IMG/VR virus record: IMGVR_UViG_3300006099_000006
Span: 1-22,392 of that record
DNA: 22,392 nucleotides
Origin: a virus
Lineage: Duplodnaviria > Heunggongvirae > Uroviricota > Caudoviricetes
Direction: 5' to 3' (one strand)
The notes beneath the pieces are model-generated. The model ran no database searches, was not told where the DNA came from, and saw nothing but the letters and a program-made list of their open reading frames with translations. The position numbers were made by a program, and so were the translations under genes. Positions within the stretch are counted from its first letter, which is position 1. Each line of letters starts with the position of its first letter. This document shows, in pieces, positions 18,290-22,392 of this stretch.

Positions 18290-18706
18290 ATGGCAACAGT
18301 AGACGAACGCCTCGCAGCACTGGAAGCAAAAGTCGGAGGCCCCGATGAAGAGCTGTATAACAGCCGTCATACCGGGGAGCAGATCGACAACGCTGTCACC
18401 TCGGTGCGGAATAACGAGACGGCCTGGAGCGGCAAGGCAGAGAAAGGGGCCCCTGTGACCCTGGTTCTGAGCAAGGATACCTGGGATGAGACTCAGAAGA
18501 CCCAGACCCTTACCAATCCGCTCCTTGTGGCCAGCAGCGCTTACCGCTATCTCGTGGCCCCTTCCACGAGTGACAGCACCGCTTACGGTAACGCGGGCAT
18601 CAAAGCAGACGACATCACAACCACCGGCCAGATCACATTCCACTGTGAAATGCCCCCTGAGGCTGACCTGACCGTGGAAATCGTGCGACTGGAGGTACAA
18701 ACATGA
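18290..18706 (+). CDS. Small tail-fibre adaptor-like protein, 138 aa
   Basis: SD GAGGTGA upstream. N-terminal YNSRHTGEQIDNAV. The C-terminal approx 80 aa resemble the C-terminus of 15760-17046. Stop overlaps the DGR target start (ATGA). Confidence 0.6.
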   Translation: MATVDERLAALEAKVGGPDEELYNSRHTGEQIDNAVTSVRNNETAWSGKAEKGAPVTLVLSKDTWDETQKTQTLTNPLLVASSAYRYLVAPSTSDSTAYGNAGIKADDITTTGQITFHCEMPPEADLTVEIVRLEVQT

Positions 18707-21666
18707 GTAACAACACGGACGTCGGAAAGGTGTTCAACATCATGTCCGGCACCGGTGGCAGAGACGGTTCTCTCCGGTTGGAGAGTTTGGCCGTGACCAA
18801 GCCGCCCAACAAAACAACCTACAAGTCCGGCGAGACCTTTGACCCCACCGGCATGGTGGTTACCGGCAGCTATGCCTTTGGCCTGACTTCTGATGTGACG
18901 GGCTATACCGTCTCTCCCTCCGTGCTGACGGATGGCGTTTCGGAGGTCACGATCACCTATACCGAGGGACGGGTCACCAAGACCGCCAGCACTCCCGTGA
19001 CGGTGGAAAAGGTGCTGACCGCTATTGAGGTGACTACTCCGCCCACCAAGACCAGCTACAACTATCTGGAGAGCTTCGACCCCGCCGGCATGGTGGTGAC
19101 CGCGAAGTTCTCGGACGGTTCCAGCGCCCCGGCGACGGGCTACACTTACCCCGATACGGCCTTCTCCACGCTGGGGAGCCAGCCGGTGAACATCGGATAC
19201 ACCTATGAGGGCGTGAGCCGGGAGACTACGCTCTCTGTGACGGTCAACGCCATCTCGGTTCCCATCCCTACCCAGGATGGAACTATCTCCTATACCGGCT
19301 TGGAGCAGACCCCTACCTGGAACAACTTCGATTCCGTCAAAATGGCGGTAACCGGAGACACTTCCGGGGTCAACGCCAAGGACAACTACTCGGTGACGTT
19401 CACTCTCGTCTATGGCTATGTCTTCCCCGATGGGAAGAATGAGGCCACGGTGAAGTGGGCGATCAACCGGGCGGTCATCGAGGCCCTGCCCACACAGAAG
19501 GACATCCCCGCCGCTGACGGCGGCGTCAAGTCCCCCTCCTGGGATGGCTACGACCCGGTGAAGATGACCATCGGCGCGGATCGTTCCGGCACTGCCGCCG
19601 GCGACTATACCGCCACATTCACGCCTACCCCCAACTACCAGTGGTGGGACGGCACGACCGGGGCCAAGAGCGTTACCTGGAGCATCGCCAGCGTCATCGT
19701 CCCCATCCCGACCCAGAAGAACATCCCCACCTATGACGGGTCCAACAAGACCCCCGAGTGGGATGACTTCGACACCGACCACTGCACTGTGACGGTCACT
19801 CCCGCGGTCAACGCCGGGGAGTACAGCGCCACATTCAGCCTGCTGGAGGGGCTGTGGGAAGACGGCACCACGGGCGGCAAGACGGTGAAGTGGCGGATCA
19901 ACCGGGCGATCCTTGCCAAGGTCCCCGAACAGAGCGGAACCCCGGTGTATGACGGCAACCCCAAGACCCCGACCTGGGACACCTCTTACGAAAGCGCCAA
20001 GATGACAGTGAGCGTGGAGGCCAAGACCCTGGCCGGGACGGACTATCCCGCCGAGTTCACCCCCACGTCCAACTATCAGTGGTGGGATGGCACAACCGGG
20101 GCCAAGAGCGCCACCTGGAGTATTGCCCGGGCGACTATCACCACGGTTCCCAGTCAGAACGGTACCCTGACCTACACCGGCAGCGAGCAGACGGTTTCGC
20201 TGAAGAACTTCGACAGCAACAAGCTCACCCTGGGCGGCACCACCAAGGGTACGAATGCCGGGGAATACAGCGCCAACGTCACCCCTACGGCCAACTACCA
20301 GTGGAGCGACGGCACCACAACGGCGAAGACCGTGAAGTGGAGCATCGGCAAGGCGGCGGGCAGTCTGAGCCTGAGCGCATCCGCTGTGACGCTGAACCGC
20401 ACCACCCTGAGCAAGACCGTCACGGTAACCAAGGCGGGCGACGGCGCTATCTCCGTCACATCCAGCAACACTGCTGTGGCAACGGCTACGGTGAGTGGGG
20501 CAACCATCACGATCAATCATGTCAACCAGGCCAGCGGTACGGCGACCATCACCGTCAAGGTGGCGGCCGGTACGAACCATGAGGCCCCTGCCAACAAGAC
20601 CATCACGGTGACGGCCCAGTTCACCACCATCTACGGCGTGGAATGGGACTGGACCAGCAGCGGACCTACCAAGGGCACCCGTACCGACGCGGCGGCCGGG
20701 TTCAGCGACCCCAATCCCGCTGTGAACAACGGCACCGGCAGCTCTCCCTTTGATAGCATCATGCCCTGGGCGGGAATGGTCAAGGAGACCCGCGCCGGCG
20801 GCGTTGAGGTTAAAGAGCCCAAGTATTGGTTCAAGTGGACCAAGACGGGGAAGAAGCTGAAACTGCAAATCGCCGACGGTCCTGTGGAAGGGTTCCATGT
20901 GGACCCGGTGAACATGGACCGGGGCGACGGCCTGGGCGAGCTGGACTTCTCCTATATCGGACGGTATCACTGCGCCTCGGGCACCTACAAGTCGGAGACC
21001 AACAAGGCCCAGCAGGTGAACATCACCAGGAGCTCGGCCCGTACCAGTATTCACAATCTGGGGGCTAACTTCTGGCAGATCGACTTCGCCCAGTTCTGGT
21101 ATGTTGGGATGCTGTTCCTGGTGGAATTTGCCGATACCAATGGCGAACGCATTGGCCGTGGCTGTTCTGCCGGCGGCTCCAAGGAGAACAACGGCAAGAC
21201 GGACGCTATGAAGTACCACACCGGTACCACAGCGGCCAACCGGGACAGCTATGGCTACACCCAGTACCGGAACATTGAGGGCTGGTGGGATAACGTGTTT
21301 GACTGGATGGACGGTTGTTATTACAACAATAATGGCCTGAATGTCATCAAGAATCCTAACCAGTTCAGCGATAACGCCAATGGTGTTCTGGTTGGTAAAC
21401 CTGTCGGCGGGTGGACATCCGATCTCGCCATTCCGACCCAAGCCGGTTTCGAGTGGGCGGTGTATCAATGTGCCGCTGCTGGCAGTGCCACAACATATGT
21501 CCCGGATTACTGGTACTTTAACGGTGGTTACCCGTGCCTGCGCCATGGCGGTTGCTATGGCCAGTACCAGTATTGTGGGCCGTTCTGCGTCGACTACAGC
21601 AGTGCGTCGGACACGGGCGGCAGCATCGGCTGTCGCCTCCAGGAACGCCCGCCGAAGGCAGCGTGA
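18703..21666 (+). CDS. DGR target: Ig-repeat adhesin/receptor-binding protein with C-terminal C-type-lectin-fold variable domain, 987 aa
   Basis: Two Big_3-like domains (TKPPNKTTYKSGETFDPTGMVVT; TTPPTKTSY...FDPAGMVVT), five approx 73-aa repeats and a Big_2-like domain (SSNTAVATATVSG). The C-terminal domain has NIEGWWDNVFDWMDG and ends in the VR (...IGCRL), as in CLec-fold DGR targets. SD GGAGGT upstream. Confidence 0.9.
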   Translation: MSNNTDVGKVFNIMSGTGGRDGSLRLESLAVTKPPNKTTYKSGETFDPTGMVVTGSYAFGLTSDVTGYTVSPSVLTDGVSEVTITYTEGRVTKTASTPVTVEKVLTAIEVTTPPTKTSYNYLESFDPAGMVVTAKFSDGSSAPATGYTYPDTAFSTLGSQPVNIGYTYEGVSRETTLSVTVNAISVPIPTQDGTISYTGLEQTPTWNNFDSVKMAVTGDTSGVNAKDNYSVTFTLVYGYVFPDGKNEATVKWAINRAVIEALPTQKDIPAADGGVKSPSWDGYDPVKMTIGADRSGTAAGDYTATFTPTPNYQWWDGTTGAKSVTWSIASVIVPIPTQKNIPTYDGSNKTPEWDDFDTDHCTVTVTPAVNAGEYSATFSLLEGLWEDGTTGGKTVKWRINRAILAKVPEQSGTPVYDGNPKTPTWDTSYESAKMTVSVEAKTLAGTDYPAEFTPTSNYQWWDGTTGAKSATWSIARATITTVPSQNGTLTYTGSEQTVSLKNFDSNKLTLGGTTKGTNAGEYSANVTPTANYQWSDGTTTAKTVKWSIGKAAGSLSLSASAVTLNRTTLSKTVTVTKAGDGAISVTSSNTAVATATVSGATITINHVNQASGTATITVKVAAGTNHEAPANKTITVTAQFTTIYGVEWDWTSSGPTKGTRTDAAAGFSDPNPAVNNGTGSSPFDSIMPWAGMVKETRAGGVEVKEPKYWFKWTKTGKKLKLQIADGPVEGFHVDPVNMDRGDGLGELDFSYIGRYHCASGTYKSETNKAQQVNITRSSARTSIHNLGANFWQIDFAQFWYVGMLFLVEFADTNGERIGRGCSAGGSKENNGKTDAMKYHTGTTAANRDSYGYTQYRNIEGWWDNVFDWMDGCYYNNNGLNVIKNPNQFSDNANGVLVGKPVGGWTSDLAIPTQAGFEWAVYQCAAAGSATTYVPDYWYFNGGYPCLRHGGCYGQYQYCGPFCVDYSSASDTGGSIGCRLQERPPKAA
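19246..20346 (+). repeat. Five approx 73-aa beta-sandwich repeats in the DGR target
   Basis: Pattern PxQ...YxG...PxW...D..K.T......AG.Y...F...Y.W.DGTT..K.V.W.I occurs five times. Confidence 0.85.
21497..21640 (+). repeat. DGR variable repeat (VR), approx aa 932-979 of the target
   Basis: Ungapped 144-bp match to 21837-21980 (offset 340). The 19 mismatches are all opposite TR adenines: 13 G, 5 T, 1 C. Confidence 0.97.
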
Positions 21667-21724
21667 CTACTCCCCTGAGGAGGTAGGGGTGCAGGGGTGA
21701 GGGGGCCGCAGCCCCTTCCCCCGC
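21625..21724 (+). promoter_or_regulatory. Putative IMH region and cis-acting DNA hairpins downstream of the VR
   Basis: GC-rich ATCGGCTGTCGC is shared by the VR and TR ends, and the sequences diverge after 21640/21980. Imperfect hairpin ACGC-cc-GCC-[GAA]-GGC-a-GCGT at 21645-21664 and GGGGC-[CGCA]-GCCCC at 21702-21715. Confidence 0.55.
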
Positions 21725-21836
21725 ATTCCCGTTTACGAAATTCAAAATGGAGTAATTTTACTCCTGAAATAGGAGAGGGCGGAGGCTGAAAAGTACCCCC
21801 CCCCTATTTTTCAGGGGGTCGACTGTGCAGCAGACG

Positions 21837-21980
21837 ATGTCCCGGATAACTGGAACTTTAACGGTGGTAACCCGTGCCTGCACCATGGCGGTTACTATAA
21901 CCAGAACCAGAATTATGGGCCGTTCTACGTCAACTACAACAGTGCGTCGAACACGAACGACAACATCGGCTGTCGCATCC
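21837..21980 (+). ncRNA. DGR template repeat (TR)
   Basis: In the VR frame it reads (D)VPDNWNFNGGNPCLHHGGYYNQNQNYGPFYVNYNSASNTNDNIGCRI. It has 40 adenines and 12 AAY codons, and no adenine at a third codon position. Confidence 0.96.
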
Positions 21981-22176
21981 TTGATAAGCCATAGGCTAAC
22001 CCTCCATTTGGTAGTAAGGGGTCCTCGCCCTTTCTATATCGCACGGTTGACCGCCCAGCTCTTGCTGAAGATGAGCCGTCAGGACACAGCTTAGTACACT
22101 TCGGGCCGGGTCTCGCCTCGGAACACCCCGCGGCGCTGGAACAGTTGTGAGGCTACAAGGAGGAAAAGTATCCCTG
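21981..22176 (+). ncRNA. TR-RT spacer, predicted structured part of the DGR RNA
   Basis: No credible ORF. Nested pairings AGCC(22074-77)/GGCT(22151-54) and CACAGCT(22085-91)/AGTTGTG(22143-49). The RT SD AAGGAGG is at 22157-22163. Confidence 0.55.
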
Positions 22177-22392
22177 ATGAAACGAGTTAGAGTTTACCAA
22201 CAAATCCGCTCCGAGGAGAACCTGCGCCTGGCCATCCAAGAGGTCTGTGCCAGTCACCGGCGCAACGGCGACCATAGCCTGAACAAGAAGGTGCTGGAGA
22301 TCGAGGCCGATCTGGATGACTATGTGAAGAAACTCGACAAGTTCATCCAAGACCTGGTGAGCGGAGACGCGCATATGAACAAACCCATCAAG
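22177..22392 (+). CDS. DGR reverse transcriptase, N-terminal 72 aa (3'-truncated; absent from the ORF track)
   Basis: MKRVRVYQQIRSEENLRLAIQEVCASHRRNGDHSLNKKVLEIEADLDDYVKKLDKFIQDLVSGDAHMNKPIK matches the MKR...Y..I.S.ENL.LA N-terminus typical of DGR/group II-type RTs. It has an SD and lies directly after the TR. The catalytic YxDD motif is outside the window. Confidence 0.83.
   Translation, partial: MKRVRVYQQIRSEENLRLAIQEVCASHRRNGDHSLNKKVLEIEADLDDYVKKLDKFIQDLVSGDAHMNKPIK

Larger units (their letters stand above)
1..22392 (+). mobile_element. Tailed phage/prophage late module (lysis, tail morphogenesis, receptor-binding genes and DGR)
   Basis: Contiguous co-oriented ORFs with gaps of a few bp or ATGA/TTGA/TGATG overlaps. 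Recognisable endolysin, tape measure, distal tail, tail spike and Ig-like proteins. No integrase or att site is in the window, so phage versus prophage cannot be decided. Confidence 0.93.
18703..22392 (+). mobile_element. Diversity-generating retroelement (target with VR, then TR, then RT; RT truncated by the window)
   Basis: Adenine-specific VR/TR divergence, an AAC-rich TR, and an RT-like ORF starting 196 bp after the TR. Confidence 0.95.

Noticed and set aside
19633-20127. Near-duplicate segments in the target as a second VR/TR pair
   Set aside because: The differences are mostly C/T synonymous changes, not adenine-specific. These are ordinary domain duplications. No second VR was found in the window.
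18583-21546. 987-aa antisense ORF, the same length as the DGR target
   Set aside because: It is in codon register with the target and stays open because this high-GC3 gene avoids TTA/CTA/TCA. There is no SD or recognisable motif. The equal length appears coincidental.
21825-22094. 89-aa ORF over the TR considered as a possible avd
   Set aside because: It is the Thr/Arg-rich shifted reading of the AAC-rich TR, with no helical-bundle character and no good SD.

Overview
The window is one tightly packed, all-plus-strand late module of a tailed (siphovirus-like) phage or prophage, most likely infecting a gut-type Clostridia/Firmicutes host. The host is inferred from strong AGGAGG ribosome-binding sites and a Gram-positive-type amidase endolysin. 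Gene order: two lysis-type membrane proteins, a lysozyme-amidase-SH3-like endolysin, an HK97 gp10-like protein, a 3153-aa tape measure protein, a distal tail protein, a tail spike with a C-terminal S74-type chaperone, an Ala-rich fibre, several small Ig-like/adaptor proteins, and a 987-aa Ig-repeat adhesin. The window ends in a diversity-generating retroelement (DGR). The adhesin's C-terminal variable repeat (VR, 21497-21640) aligns without gaps to a template repeat (TR, 21837-21980). All 19 mismatches in 144 bp fall on TR adenines, and a reverse-transcriptase-like ORF starts at 22177 and runs off the window. No avd accessory gene lies between target, TR and RT. Instead the TR is bracketed by non-coding segments with long-range complementarity, competing hairpins and a C9 tract. 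All alignments, counts and pairings were done by eye; domain names come from motif recognition, not database searches.
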